Shown one piece after another: positions 37,785 through 47,854 of a stretch of 64,000 nucleotides of DNA. Source of the stretch: a virus (Duplodnaviria; Caudoviricetes). Numbering within the stretch: position 1 is the stretch's first letter; each line of letters opens with the position of its first letter. The stretch spans positions 1 to 64,000 of IMG/VR virus record IMGVR_UViG_3300011423_000006; one strand, given 5' to 3'. The notes beneath the pieces are model-generated. The model had not been told where the DNA came from. It was given only the letters and a program-made list of their open reading frames with translations, and made no database searches. The translations under genes and the position numbers were made by a program.

Positions 37785-38239
37785 TTTATATACCCTGTAA
37801 TTTCGCCTGCGTTCCGTAATTGACCATTCTCGTCATAAAAATATCCAATAGTTCCCAAAGACCCCGGAAATTTCTTATGCTGAATAATCGCATCTTCTAA
37901 ATTCGGCGGAATGCCGGTCGTATAAAAATATTGATAATTAAGAGACGGCTTAACAATTCCATTAGTGCGATTACCTTGAAATGATCCAACAAACGGATTT
38001 TGAAAAGATACAGACTCAAATTTTAAATCATAATTTATTTCTTTTTCTTTGGTATAATAATAACGATATTCATTCTCAACTAAAGTTTTAAACTTCGCGT
38101 CTCTTTCCTCGGCGGTTGTGTAAATAAATAATTCTCCAATACAATTCTCGGGGTGCCCGGTTTCGTTCAACAATTCTTGAATTAAATATAGTTTAATTTT
38201 CATTCTTTTACCAGCCCAACATGCAAACCCAACCCCCAA
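37781..38239 (-). CDS. hypothetical protein
   Basis: Co-oriented ORF. Confidence 0.5.
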   Translation of the reverse strand: MGVGFACWAGKRMKIKLYLIQELLNETGHPENCIGELFIYTTAEERDAKFKTLVENEYRYYYTKEKEINYDLKFESVSFQNPFVGSFQGNRTNGIVKPSLNYQYFYTTGIPPNLEDAIIQHKKFPGSLGTIGYFYDENGQLRNAGEITGYIK

Positions 38240-38629
38240 CTTTCCGATCCGGTAAATCTTGCATCGTAAGTATGATGCTTTAATTTAAGTTTTTTAGTTT
38301 GCTCCAACAAAGCTTTGTATTGATACATTTCCGCTTCCGTTTCTGGAGTAATCGTGATAACTCCAAAATCTTTTGACATAGTTGTGTCACTTAATGAAAT
38401 TTTCATTGGTCTACCCCCGCGTCCACTTCACTTATCCATAACTTCATATATTCCTCGGCCTCCATCCTCATTCTTTGACCATAGGAATTAATTAAATCTT
38501 CTTTTTTCACATTTATAAGTAACATTTTATTCTCAGTCGTGCAAAAAAGATTATAAAAATTTTTCCCCTTATCTGAGCTTTGTGATATTTTCCAAGGCAT
38601 ATTTTTCCGTATGTGTTTAACTGATTTTA

Positions 38630-39925
38630 CTACTTATTTTTCCAAAGTTTCTTTAAAGCAACCTGTGAACACCGCTCGGTAAACTGAGCATTCGATAAAT
38701 TTACTGCTCCGTCCATAACTTCTTCAATATTTTCAGGAAATTCTTCTAAAATTTTCTCGGCTAACTCTCGTTTCTTAACTAAAGATAAATTCACAACTTC
38801 AACAATTCTATCTATCCGCCCCGGTCTAGATGCACCCACATCTTCAATATTAGCTAATGCACTATCCAAAGTTTCAATCTTGTTCGTGGTAACAAACAAC
38901 AAAACTCCCTCTACTGGCATCGCCCCCGAAATCACATTCAACAAACAATCGAAACTCAATCCATTTTTCAATTTAGATACATTTTCCCTTTTATTAAAAA
39001 CAGCATCAATATCTTCTAATAAAGCAATACAAGGCGACTCCGCAACAATCTTATTCCAACTCTCAATTAAATCATTATTAGTCATACTTGATAAGTCAAA
39101 TCGAAAAATTGGTAAATTAAATTTCGTCCCAATAACACGCACACAACTAGTTTTACCGGTCCCCGCTTTTCCATACAACAAATAACCACGTCGCCAAATT
39201 AAACCCTTGCTCTGATACCAATCTTTTAATCGAATCCAAGCTTCCACTTCATTATAAACGCTTTCTAGGTTTTCGTCTAGCACATAAGATTTCAAAAATG
39301 ATTGATAATCTTTACCTAAATCATCATAAGTATATTTCAGCATTCGCCCCGTCAACCAATGTAATGTATCAAGACTGAGAACATTTCCTCCCCCACCCAC
39401 TGATACCGGCGCGGCATTATCAGATTTATTAATTTGTAAAGATAAATTACGATCCCGTCCGGTAAAAGTCTCGACTCGGAAACGATTTTTATTATTTGAA
39501 ACTAAATAATTCCAATTTTCAATAGCTTGTAAAAACAATTTATCAAAATCAAGAGTTTTTCTTACAAAAAGAACTGTAACAAATCTTTCTTCATTATCAT
39601 GGTATTTTGCCAACAAAGGAACCCAACCATAAAAAAATAACTGATATTTATCACTTAATCGTTTGCTGCCAATTAAAATAGAATTGGGATGATACTTGGT
39701 TAGCCAAGCGTTTGCATGATAATTATACGTGCCTGTGTCAATCCCCTTACAATTCTGCCAAATAAAAGTAGATACCGCGCCAGCCGCAAAATCTTTTAAT
39801 TTAATCGTATTAATTATAAAACTAAAAATTCTACTAAGAGCGCCTTTAATTTGATTCCAAGCCAAACCAATCGCGCCCAATCCCGCTAAAAAGGGAAAAG
39901 CCGTTTTAAGATAAGAAAAATCCAT
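38630..39925 (-). CDS. BCS1-like membrane-anchored AAA ATPase
   Basis: N-terminal TM; WY...G..WRRGYLLYG.AGTGKTS, LLEDIDA, LLN.I.G, TTN...LD.AL, RPGRID. Confidence 0.85.
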   Translation of the reverse strand: MDFSYLKTAFPFLAGLGAIGLAWNQIKGALSRIFSFIINTIKLKDFAAGAVSTFIWQNCKGIDTGTYNYHANAWLTKYHPNSILIGSKRLSDKYQLFFYGWVPLLAKYHDNEERFVTVLFVRKTLDFDKLFLQAIENWNYLVSNNKNRFRVETFTGRDRNLSLQINKSDNAAPVSVGGGGNVLSLDTLHWLTGRMLKYTYDDLGKDYQSFLKSYVLDENLESVYNEVEAWIRLKDWYQSKGLIWRRGYLLYGKAGTGKTSCVRVIGTKFNLPIFRFDLSSMTNNDLIESWNKIVAESPCIALLEDIDAVFNKRENVSKLKNGLSFDCLLNVISGAMPVEGVLLFVTTNKIETLDSALANIEDVGASRPGRIDRIVEVVNLSLVKKRELAEKILEEFPENIEEVMDGAVNLSNAQFTERCSQVALKKLWKNK

Positions 39926-40110
39926 TTTAAGACTTTAAATCAGTTCGTATATACCATTCCCCCCAAATAATCGCATTAAACATTGTAATCGGGGGGCCGC
40001 AACACCAAAGAAGCTTCGGCCCGAAAACTAAATAATCTAAATATCCAGCCACAATAGCCGAACCGCCGCCGAAAACCCAAAATAATAATTTAAGATAATT
40101 ATTCATAAAA

Positions 40111-40356
40111 TTAAGGAAACAAAACTATTGCTGGTTTTGCTTTTTTATAATCTTTCTCGTATGCCTCAACATCCTCGTCTACGTCATCTTGAGACAATAA
40201 ACTGATTTCATAGTCTTGTTTAAGATAACGCAACTTATTCCCAACACAAACTGTTTGAAGTTGACTATAATTATTTCCCTCGCTATCAGAGGCAACAATT
40301 ACTTCTGCATTCGGGTCGCACTCCGCTAATTCTTTTATTAAAGCTTTAACTTTCAT
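40111..40356 (-). CDS. hypothetical phage protein
   Basis: MKVK.LI..L...DP.AEV...SD.EGN.Y. Confidence 0.6.
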   Translation of the reverse strand: MKVKALIKELAECDPNAEVIVASDSEGNNYSQLQTVCVGNKLRYLKQDYEISLLSQDDVDEDVEAYEKDYKKAKPAIVLFP

Positions 40357-40698
40357 GAATTTGTTAATACCCTAAGCATTTCTTTTTGAAGTTGATCTAA
40401 ATTGCGTCTCAAATTAGAAGCTAAAATAGACAATTCGGTTTGCTGATGCGAAGACGGAAACTTTTCTATTTCATAACAAACTTCCGCCGCATCATTTACT
40501 AATTCTTCTAGAGTTTTCATATTTATTTACAAAGTTCCTTGTATTTCCATTCGATTTCTTCTAATTCTTTAATTCGTTTTTTATAAAACTTCTCGGCGGC
40601 TTCCCACCCCGCGAACCAAGATGATTCATAATCAGGTTCTTCCTCACCGCAAGATTTAATAAATTGACTAAATTTAACTTGGGCCTTGTTCCTCATAA

Positions 40699-41829
40699 TT
40701 ATCCTACCGAAACTTCTCCCTTAATCGCTGGATGGCTCTCATAACCGTCAATTCGAATATCTTCAAATCTAAAATCAAAAATATTATTCACCTTGGGATT
40801 TAACCAAAGCTTCGGGAGTTGCATCGGCTCGCGAGTTAATTGTTCTTTTACTTGATCTAAATGATTCTGATAAATATGCAAATCGCCATAGGTATGAACA
40901 AATTCGCCCGGAATCATCCCTACCGCATGGGCAACCATGCTTGTGAGTAGACCGTAACTAGCGATATTAAATGGCACGCCTAAAAAAGTATCGCATGATC
41001 TTTGATATAACAAGCAATTAAGACGCCGTTTAGGAATACCAAGCTTATCACATTCTATTTCCCAAATTTCTGAATCAACTCCATTTAAAAGACCAATCTT
41101 AATATATTCATGTTTATTAGCCGCGATAATAATTCTTTCTTCTGCGGTTAATTCCTCCGTATTAAAATGAAATAAACAATGACACGGCGGCAAGGCGCAA
41201 TGATCTACCCAATAGGGATGCCACGCACTAACAATCATGCGACGATCATCTGGATTGGTTTTAAGCTTGTCGATAACTTTTTGAAGTTGGTCAACAGTTT
41301 TGACAAATTCAATCTTACCCCGTTGAATATTGTCTCCTATATAATTATTATCAATAATAGGGTTTGGGTTTCCATAAGGAAACGCCCTCCACATTTGACC
41401 ATAAGTGCCTTGTCCTAAGTTACCATGTTCTTTTACAAAATCTTGGTCGCTAGAAAGAGTTTTAAGGTAATGGATGAATTTATCTTTTGATAATGGCACT
41501 CCACTAATATCAGTCCAATCATCACGAACCAATCCCTGTTTAACTTTTTCGGTATATCGCCTATAGCAATCCCCATTCCAAATATTACACCCGTTATCGA
41601 CCAAATATTTAATATTAGTGTCGCCCTTAATAAACCACAATAATTCATGAATAATAGCTTTAACTGCCATTTTCTTGGTTGTTAATAAAGGAAAGCCCTC
41701 CTGCAAATTAAATCGCGCTTGTGCCCCGAATACTCCTATAGTATTCATCCCGGTCCTATTTTTCTTGACGCGCCCCTTTTCTAAAATAAGACGCAACAAT
41801 CTTTGATATTCTAGGTCTGTGTTATTCAT
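40699..41829 (-). CDS. thyA: thymidylate synthase
   Basis: FPLLTTKK, ELLWF, YGQMWR, RRMIVSAW, ALPPCH, YQRSCD.FLGVPFNIASY, GDLHIY.NH. Confidence 0.95.
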   Translation of the reverse strand: MNNTDLEYQRLLRLILEKGRVKKNRTGMNTIGVFGAQARFNLQEGFPLLTTKKMAVKAIIHELLWFIKGDTNIKYLVDNGCNIWNGDCYRRYTEKVKQGLVRDDWTDISGVPLSKDKFIHYLKTLSSDQDFVKEHGNLGQGTYGQMWRAFPYGNPNPIIDNNYIGDNIQRGKIEFVKTVDQLQKVIDKLKTNPDDRRMIVSAWHPYWVDHCALPPCHCLFHFNTEELTAEERIIIAANKHEYIKIGLLNGVDSEIWEIECDKLGIPKRRLNCLLYQRSCDTFLGVPFNIASYGLLTSMVAHAVGMIPGEFVHTYGDLHIYQNHLDQVKEQLTREPMQLPKLWLNPKVNNIFDFRFEDIRIDGYESHPAIKGEVSVG

Positions 41830-42128
41830 TTTACTTCGACCCTATTATATAAATGCTTTAAACGTTCACTATAATCTACTTCGGGCGGCGTAGTCGCTTT
41901 AGCATAAACCGCAAGCGCGTTTTTAATAACTTTTAGTAGCATTTCCTTTTCAATTATATCATCTAATTGGTCTTCAAATCCGTCTTTTACCTTCGCCGCC
42001 GCGCTTAATGTAAAAAAAGAAACATTTGGAAAAAAATCTTGATAATCTTTTTTCGCACATTCAAATCCATATCCCGTAGAAGTTCCTACGATAATTGCCA
42101 TATCGACACTAACATATTTTTCTTTCAT
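41826..42128 (-). CDS. hypothetical protein
   Basis: Co-oriented ORF. Confidence 0.5.
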   Translation of the reverse strand: MKEKYVSVDMAIIVGTSTGYGFECAKKDYQDFFPNVSFFTLSAAAKVKDGFEDQLDDIIEKEMLLKVIKNALAVYAKATTPPEVDYSERLKHLYNRVEVK

Positions 42129-42132
42129 AATT

Positions 42133-42372
42133 TTAAGGCTCTACCCTCACAAAAATTTTATCTCCATTATAAAGCGTTCGCTTCATATAAACGTATTTAT
42201 TTGTCGGCACTCCATCTTTGCTCCATAATTCAATATCTATTACGCCGCTGGCATCTTTTGATTCGCGGCGGATTAAACGATAAACACCCGTTTCATCTTT
42301 AACTACTTTTTTCGATGCAGAACAACTAAAACCCAAAAACAACCAACAAGTAAAAAATATAAAAAATCTCAT
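42133..42372 (-). CDS. small lipoprotein
   Basis: LGFSC lipobox. Confidence 0.5.
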   Translation of the reverse strand: MRFFIFFTCWLFLGFSCSASKKVVKDETGVYRLIRRESKDASGVIDIELWSKDGVPTNKYVYMKRTLYNGDKIFVRVEP

Positions 42373-42580
42373 TCTATTTTATATCCAAGTTGATATAACC
42401 CCGCCAAAATTACTTCATCCTTTAAATCCGCGCTAAATCCAAAAAAATCCCAAACCCAATCTTCGGCTTCCGCGTTAATCTTGTATTTTTTCTGGAATTT
42501 CTCATAAACCTTGTTGCGTTTTTTTTCTAATTGTTGAAATTCCTTGACGGCTTTTTTCAAAGCTTTTTTCGAAATAATTT

Positions 42581-43105
42581 TCATACTTCAATTAGCTTCC
42601 CATTCATTAAAGTTTTAATGCCCAAAGCTTTTTCTATTGGGCGCACATTTACTTCGGCCTCGGCAAACATACTTAGTGAACGCTGTAAGCTTTCCGTCCA
42701 TCTACCCAAATATTCTTCGTGTTGTTTTGCTTGCCAGTCTGAATGAAAAGCTATTTCTTTAACCCCGGATTGAATAATAGCGCGAGCACAATCCGAACAA
42801 GCAATACCGTTTGTAAATAAATATGCGTCTTTAGTTGAAATTCCTTCTTTTGCACAAGAATAAATAGCGTTACGTTCAGCGTGTTCGTAATAATTATATT
42901 TTTCTGGTCTTTCGTTCCTAGCAGACGGCCAATAATTTACTCCCTGTGGCAAGCCATTATAACCCGACGAAATAATACGATTGTTTTTAACAATGACCGC
43001 GCCAATTTTAGTAGATTTATCTCGCGACTTTGACCCAATCAAATATACATGCCTAAGAAACAATTCGTCCCAAGACATTGTATTATCATCATAATTTAGC
43101 TCCAT
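42581..43105 (-). CDS. dCMP deaminase
   Basis: S.D..TKIGAVIV, GYNG, HAERNAI, CSDCARAIIQSG. Confidence 0.9.
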   Translation of the reverse strand: MELNYDDNTMSWDELFLRHVYLIGSKSRDKSTKIGAVIVKNNRIISSGYNGLPQGVNYWPSARNERPEKYNYYEHAERNAIYSCAKEGISTKDAYLFTNGIACSDCARAIIQSGVKEIAFHSDWQAKQHEEYLGRWTESLQRSLSMFAEAEVNVRPIEKALGIKTLMNGKLIEV

Positions 43106-43106
43106 A

Positions 43107-43313
43107 TTAATTTAACCACCTAATTAAAAATGTTACCGGCATGGTAATTGGCCAAAATAAACAATTTGCAACAAAAACCAAAGCCATCATCCACCATTTC
43201 ATAGCGCCGGTAATTGTTGCGTAAATAAAAGAACTAAACCCCCAAACCGCACCAATTACCAAATAAACTCCTAGTAATAAATAAATCATAAAATTATTTC
43301 TTTGAACTGCCAA
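43107..43313 (-). CDS. small two-TM membrane protein
   Basis: Two hydrophobic helices, LFWP. Confidence 0.5.
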   Translation of the reverse strand: MAVQRNNFMIYLLLGVYLVIGAVWGFSSFIYATITGAMKWWMMALVFVANCLFWPITMPVTFLIRWLN

Positions 43314-43824
43314 AACCCCCGTCCGCTCGCTTTGTCTCCCCTAACTCGTTAACAAATTCAAACTCCAAACTAACATTGTCCCGGCCCTTCATTTGAGCAA
43401 TCGCATCTCCATTTTTATAAATTTTTTCAATATTAATCCATCCCATAATTCCTTGAAACGGAACAACACGTAAATCTTCTGGTTGCCAGATATAACGGAA
43501 ACGACACAAAATCTCTCCTGTATAACCCGTATCAATCGTTCCCACACTATTACAAAGTAATAAATTATATTTAGAAAGCGAGGACCGAGGGAAAATCTCA
43601 ATATGCTTTTCTGCTTCAGGGGTCCAAAACAAATTAGTTCTATATTCAATAAAATCTACTCGTCTCCAAAGCCCTTTTGCTTCCCCGTTTTTTATTAATT
43701 TTCCTTCTTCATTTACTCCTGTTACCAACGGGTCTAAAACAGTAAAAATATCATACCCCGCATCATCATCATGCGCCCGCTCGGGAATTCTGATTCCATC
43801 AATATTCTTTAATAATAATTTCAT
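43294..43824 (-). CDS. dut: dUTPase
   Basis: AGYD, PRSS, NSVGTIDTGYTGE, IAQ, RADGGFGSS. Confidence 0.92.
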   Translation of the reverse strand: MKLLLKNIDGIRIPERAHDDDAGYDIFTVLDPLVTGVNEEGKLIKNGEAKGLWRRVDFIEYRTNLFWTPEAEKHIEIFPRSSLSKYNLLLCNSVGTIDTGYTGEILCRFRYIWQPEDLRVVPFQGIMGWINIEKIYKNGDAIAQMKGRDNVSLEFEFVNELGETKRADGGFGSSKK

Positions 43825-44171
43825 TTGTTATGTAAAAATACTCTTGCTATTAATTCGCCTCTACGAATTTCACATTTATCTCTCGGTCCAAAAAACCCAT
43901 TAAACGCGTTCGCCGGTTCAAGCGGACTATTGTTTTGCAATAAAATCCATTTACTATCTTCATCCTCATTAAAATTATGATTTAAAAGAAAAATGTTCTT
44001 TTTTAAGGATAAATCATAATCCGGTAATATGCAAACAATTTTTTCGGGTTTAAAAACAGACTTTAAAAAAATCTGAATTGTCTTGCCCGGATAAATTAAA
44101 AATGAATTTAAAGACGTAATATATCCTTTGCTTTTGTCAGGAGTCAGAGCAAACACGCCAAATTCATTCAC
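43821..44171 (-). CDS. degenerate dUTPase-like protein
   Basis: LIYPGKT..I, ILLQNNS, EIRRGELIAR resemble dUTPase strands; catalytic motifs absent. Confidence 0.4.
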   Translation of the reverse strand: MNEFGVFALTPDKSKGYITSLNSFLIYPGKTIQIFLKSVFKPEKIVCILPDYDLSLKKNIFLLNHNFNEDEDSKWILLQNNSPLEPANAFNGFFGPRDKCEIRRGELIARVFLHNK

Positions 44172-44222
44172 TACACCAACTTTAAATCAATTTACAAAAA
44201 AACACAAGAAAAAACTTTTAAC

Positions 44223-44251
44223 TTGATTTTTAAAGAAAAACTAAATAAGAT
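44223..44251 (+). promoter_or_regulatory. sigma70-like promoter driving a non-coding element
   Basis: TTGATT-17-TAAGAT. Confidence 0.65.
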
Positions 44252-44257
44252 GTTTAA

Positions 44258-44807
44258 TGAATGCGAAAGGTCCGACCCCTTAGCATCAAATTGATCTTTG
44301 ATACAGAAAGTAGCTGAAACGCAATCTGCAAATAAATTCTGGGCTGGTTTAAAACCTTTTAAAGTTTTAAGTTACAGGGAATGAGTAGAGGAAACGGCAA
44401 AAAGTGAAAGCATTTATGCAAGTAGCGAGCCTTGATTATCTTGGTTTAAAACCCAATTTAATGAACGTTAAGACACTAAAGCCCGTAAAAAGAACTCCAA
44501 CAATGCGAAAGCAAGGTTACTTCGGGAGCATGGCGACCTCTGAGTTGGATGCCGTTGAATAACTAATCAAACGGTTTTTACCCCGTAAGGGGCCTGTACT
44601 CGAAAAAACTCTTAAAAATCCCACTTTCTAAAGACAAAGATTAATACATAACTTATTGACACTCAAGCGAGCGTAACCCTTAAAACGGTGAAGCGAATGG
44701 GAGAAGCGGGTTCAATAAGCCGTGAGATATTTAGTCTTAAAGAGGCTTCTTAATAGGATTTTTCTATTCCTCCCTCGAAATAGTATTCACTATGGAGTTA
44801 AGAGTTT
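44258..44807 (+). ncRNA. large structured ncRNA candidate, class unassigned
   Basis: No ORF of 60 aa or more; 5'/3' closing helix, GNRA hairpins and several long-range helices. Confidence 0.6.
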
Positions 44808-44900
44808 AATCATTTTTAATTCCAAACCATTGTACTTGAATATTTTAATAATTTGAATTTAATAATGAGCCAAATTGTGTGTACTAATTCAAAATAAGTG

Positions 44901-44929
44901 TTGATTTAAAATTATAAATCGTTTAATAT
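44901..44929 (+). promoter_or_regulatory. sigma70-like promoter
   Basis: TTGATT-17-TAATAT, 9 nt to ATG. Confidence 0.65.
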
Positions 44930-44938
44930 TATTCAATA

Positions 44939-45361
44939 ATGAAAGTCGTAGATATCTATACCGATGGGTCTAGAAATTATAACGCTACAATTACATCTTG
45001 GGGGTTTGTTGTATTGGACTCAGGGGCAATTATTGAAGAAAGAAATGGAATTCTAACTGGTCCAATTACTATTATGTATCAAATCGGAGGCGAATGCCAA
45101 GCTGTAATAGAAGCTTTAAAATATTGTAAACAAAATAATTTTAAATGCGATATTTATTTTGATTATATTGGCCTTAAATGTTGGGTAAACGATTTGTTCG
45201 GAGAGAAGCCTTGGCAAACCAAAAACCAATGGACCAAAGCATATCGCGAGGAACTTTTATCTCTAAAAGAATTTTTGAATAATATGATAAAAGTGAAGGG
45301 ACATAGTAATAACGAATTTAATGAGTATGCTGATTTATTAGCGAAAAAAGCTCTTGAATGA
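44939..45361 (+). CDS. rnhA: ribonuclease H
   Basis: IYTDGS, GEC.A...A, DY.G, KVKGHS....NEYAD.LAK. Confidence 0.85.
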   Translation: MKVVDIYTDGSRNYNATITSWGFVVLDSGAIIEERNGILTGPITIMYQIGGECQAVIEALKYCKQNNFKCDIYFDYIGLKCWVNDLFGEKPWQTKNQWTKAYREELLSLKEFLNNMIKVKGHSNNEFNEYADLLAKKALE

Positions 45362-45759
45362 ATAGAAAATATAGATTACGAAAGCTTGATTATAGTTATT
45401 TGGATACTTGGATAACTAGAAGCAAAGAATTGAAAAAATTAAAAATAACAACTTACACCGAGTATTTAAAATCTAGTATTTGGAAGGAAATTAAAGACAA
45501 GGCACAAACTAGGCCCCATTATCAAAAATGCTTTCTCTGCGGTTCTTTTGAAAATATTGAATTGCACCATAGAAGATATAAATTTTTACATTTATCAATT
45601 TTAAGAAATATTATTCCGTTATGTGAGAACCATCATGAACAAGTCCATAGTTTGGCTAAAACCAAACAAATGAGCGTTGGAAGGGCAACCGGAAAAATTA
45701 TCAAACGATGGAAAAAAGAAGGAAACAAACTTTCTTGGACTAATAAGGAGAATTTATGA
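45358..45759 (+). CDS. HNH endonuclease
   Basis: YLKS..W, CFLCG...LHH..Y, LC..HH. Confidence 0.8.
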   Translation: MNRKYRLRKLDYSYLDTWITRSKELKKLKITTYTEYLKSSIWKEIKDKAQTRPHYQKCFLCGSFENIELHHRRYKFLHLSILRNIIPLCENHHEQVHSLAKTKQMSVGRATGKIIKRWKKEGNKLSWTNKENL

Positions 45760-46352
45760 TTATAGGAATAGCCGGGGTCGCGACATGTGGAAAAAACTTG
45801 TTCGCCACAAAATTAAAAGAAAAACTAACTAAAAAAGGACTAATTTGTAACGAATATTCTTTTGCACGACAACTAAGGGTGGAATTAGCTCCTGTTTTAA
45901 AGACAAATTTTGATTTAGATGTTTGGTCCCAAGATATTAAAGAAAAACAAAAATTCCGGGCGCTTATGACGGTTTGGGCGGATATTCATCGGAAGGAAAC
46001 TAGGGGCGCGTATTTTTGGAAGAAAACTCAAGAATTAATTAAATCCGAAGGTAATGAAAAAAATATAAATATCATTACAGATTTGCGTTTTGCTGAATAT
46101 GAAGGAACTGATGAAATAGATTTTGTTCGAAAAAATGGAGTGGCGATTCATCTTCGTAAATATGAAATTGTGCGTGGGAAAAAGATTTTTGTAAAACCCG
46201 CTAATGATTTTGAAAAATTTAACGATCCTTTAGTTAAGAAGGGCGCGAATATTAGAATAGATTGGCCAGATGCGCGAAAAGTTCCTTATTCCGTTGATTT
46301 GGATAGTTATGTAGACCAATTCATTCACAAATATGAACGAAGCTTTAAATGA
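45756..46352 (+). CDS. deoxynucleoside monophosphate kinase
   Basis: IIGIAG....GK, SFA..L, K...R, IITDLRF.E. Confidence 0.8.
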   Translation: MIIGIAGVATCGKNLFATKLKEKLTKKGLICNEYSFARQLRVELAPVLKTNFDLDVWSQDIKEKQKFRALMTVWADIHRKETRGAYFWKKTQELIKSEGNEKNINIITDLRFAEYEGTDEIDFVRKNGVAIHLRKYEIVRGKKIFVKPANDFEKFNDPLVKKGANIRIDWPDARKVPYSVDLDSYVDQFIHKYERSFK

Positions 46353-46728
46353 TGTAAAATTTACTCCTTTGTACGCAGTTACAACTTTGATTCCGGTCAC
46401 AATTAAAAAAAGTTTTTTAACTGCTCATACGTTCGATCCTAGTTTGGGCGAAGGATTTGAATATATGTTTTGTTCTATTTTTAGTAAAATGGATGGGAAA
46501 TATGGAGTAAGTCATGCGTGGGAAAATGTGACCGTTGAGAACGCGCCTCCAATTCTGATAGAAGAATTTTACGAACCAAAAGATGTTCGACAAGCGGTTT
46601 ATGCTTTTAGTGCGCCCGGAAGAATTTTTGATATTATCGATTTTCAAGTCTTGGAATTTGAAAGAAAAGAAGTCAATTTTGATGGGTTAAATAATTTGTT
46701 ATATGAGTGGTCTAAAATTATCCGATGA
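46333..46728 (+). CDS. hypothetical protein
   Basis: Overlap-coupled ORF. Confidence 0.55.
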   Translation: MNEALNDVKFTPLYAVTTLIPVTIKKSFLTAHTFDPSLGEGFEYMFCSIFSKMDGKYGVSHAWENVTVENAPPILIEEFYEPKDVRQAVYAFSAPGRIFDIIDFQVLEFERKEVNFDGLNNLLYEWSKIIR

Positions 46729-47290
46729 AAAATTAGTTGAATTAATTCAAACAGAAAAATCCGACGAAGCGTTGCAAATTTTAATACAACGACATGGAGC
46801 GTTGTGCATTAACATTTTACAAAGATATTCTCTAGCTTTAACCGAGCGGGGACTTAATATGCAAGATGTTTATAGTGATAAAAACTATCTTATTTATAAA
46901 GCCGCTTTAGGTTTTAAAAGTGGAAAGAAAAATAGAATTTCGACTTGGATTGGTAGTTATACTCGTTATTACTGTCTAACTTTGTTAAGTAAGAAGGAGC
47001 CGTTTTTAGAAAAGGGTTTGTATTCTGTTTATTTTGAGACGTTTAAAGCATCTTCACCGGATGATGAATCTATAGATCGTATTTTTAATATTTTATCATT
47101 AATAAAAGACGAACGGATTAATAAGATTTTTCGCTTGCGCTATTCCAGCCCCGGAAAAAGAAAGGTTTCATGGAAGGAAATTGGGAAAACTCTCGGATTA
47201 TCTTCACAAACTATTATTAATTTACATAAACGAGGGGTTAAGTTATTACAAAAGAGATTAAAAAACGAAGAAATATTTGACAAGATTTAA
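46703..47290 (+). CDS. phage sigma-70 family factor
   Basis: SDE.L..LI....AL..LI.RH; region 2 (YKAA..F....STW); region 4 HTH (SWKEIGK.LGLS.QT..N). Confidence 0.8.
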   Translation: MSGLKLSDEKLVELIQTEKSDEALQILIQRHGALCINILQRYSLALTERGLNMQDVYSDKNYLIYKAALGFKSGKKNRISTWIGSYTRYYCLTLLSKKEPFLEKGLYSVYFETFKASSPDDESIDRIFNILSLIKDERINKIFRLRYSSPGKRKVSWKEIGKTLGLSSQTIINLHKRGVKLLQKRLKNEEIFDKI

Positions 47291-47324
47291 AAAAGGAATT
47301 AATATAATAACATAGGTAAATTTT

Positions 47325-47618
47325 ATGGCAGAAAAAAAGCAAAGCATTGGGGCTCTATGGAGCCGAAACGGACAAAACGGTGAATTTCTCTCAGGGGACG
47401 TTACTATTAATGGACAAAAGACGGAAATCGTTGTTTTTCAAAATACATACAAGCAAGAGGGCGAAAAGACCCCAGATTGGCGTATTTATGTTTCGGAACC
47501 GCGAGCGAATAGTAATCCCGCTCCGAAGACTGTTGCAAAAGGCAAGGCCCCGGCAAAGAAGCCTTCTCGTCCGGTTGCTGAAGAACCCGATTTGAGCAAC
47601 GAAAATGTTGATGTTTAA
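47325..47618 (+). CDS. DUF736-like small putative ssDNA-binding protein
   Basis: IGALW.....FLSG.....IVVF.N..K....PDWR with an acidic tail. Confidence 0.6.
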   Translation: MAEKKQSIGALWSRNGQNGEFLSGDVTINGQKTEIVVFQNTYKQEGEKTPDWRIYVSEPRANSNPAPKTVAKGKAPAKKPSRPVAEEPDLSNENVDV

Positions 47619-47620
47619 TT

Positions 47621-47854
47621 GTGAAAAGACACAATAACCCTAATTATTTAGCGTCGATTGACCCAAGGCATCCGAAACTTTCTATTGGTCAATTTAGTGC
47701 CCGTTCTAAACGAAAAAACGCCCGCAATAGACTGCCTATTGAAACAGCTAAAAATATATTTAAGTTTAGTGACGGACAAGAATATATGCGAATGCCTGAC
47801 GGTCAATTAGTTAGGGTGACTCAAGTAGAAAATCCAGAAAAAAATGCAATTTAA
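47621..47854 (+). CDS. basic hypothetical protein
   Basis: Co-oriented ORF. Confidence 0.5.
   Translation: MKRHNNPNYLASIDPRHPKLSIGQFSARSKRKNARNRLPIETAKNIFKFSDGQEYMRMPDGQLVRVTQVENPEKNAI

Noticed and set aside
44258-44807. RNase P RNA or group I intron
   Set aside because: The RNase P P4 signatures are not intact, and the element does not interrupt any gene. It is kept as an unclassified RNA.
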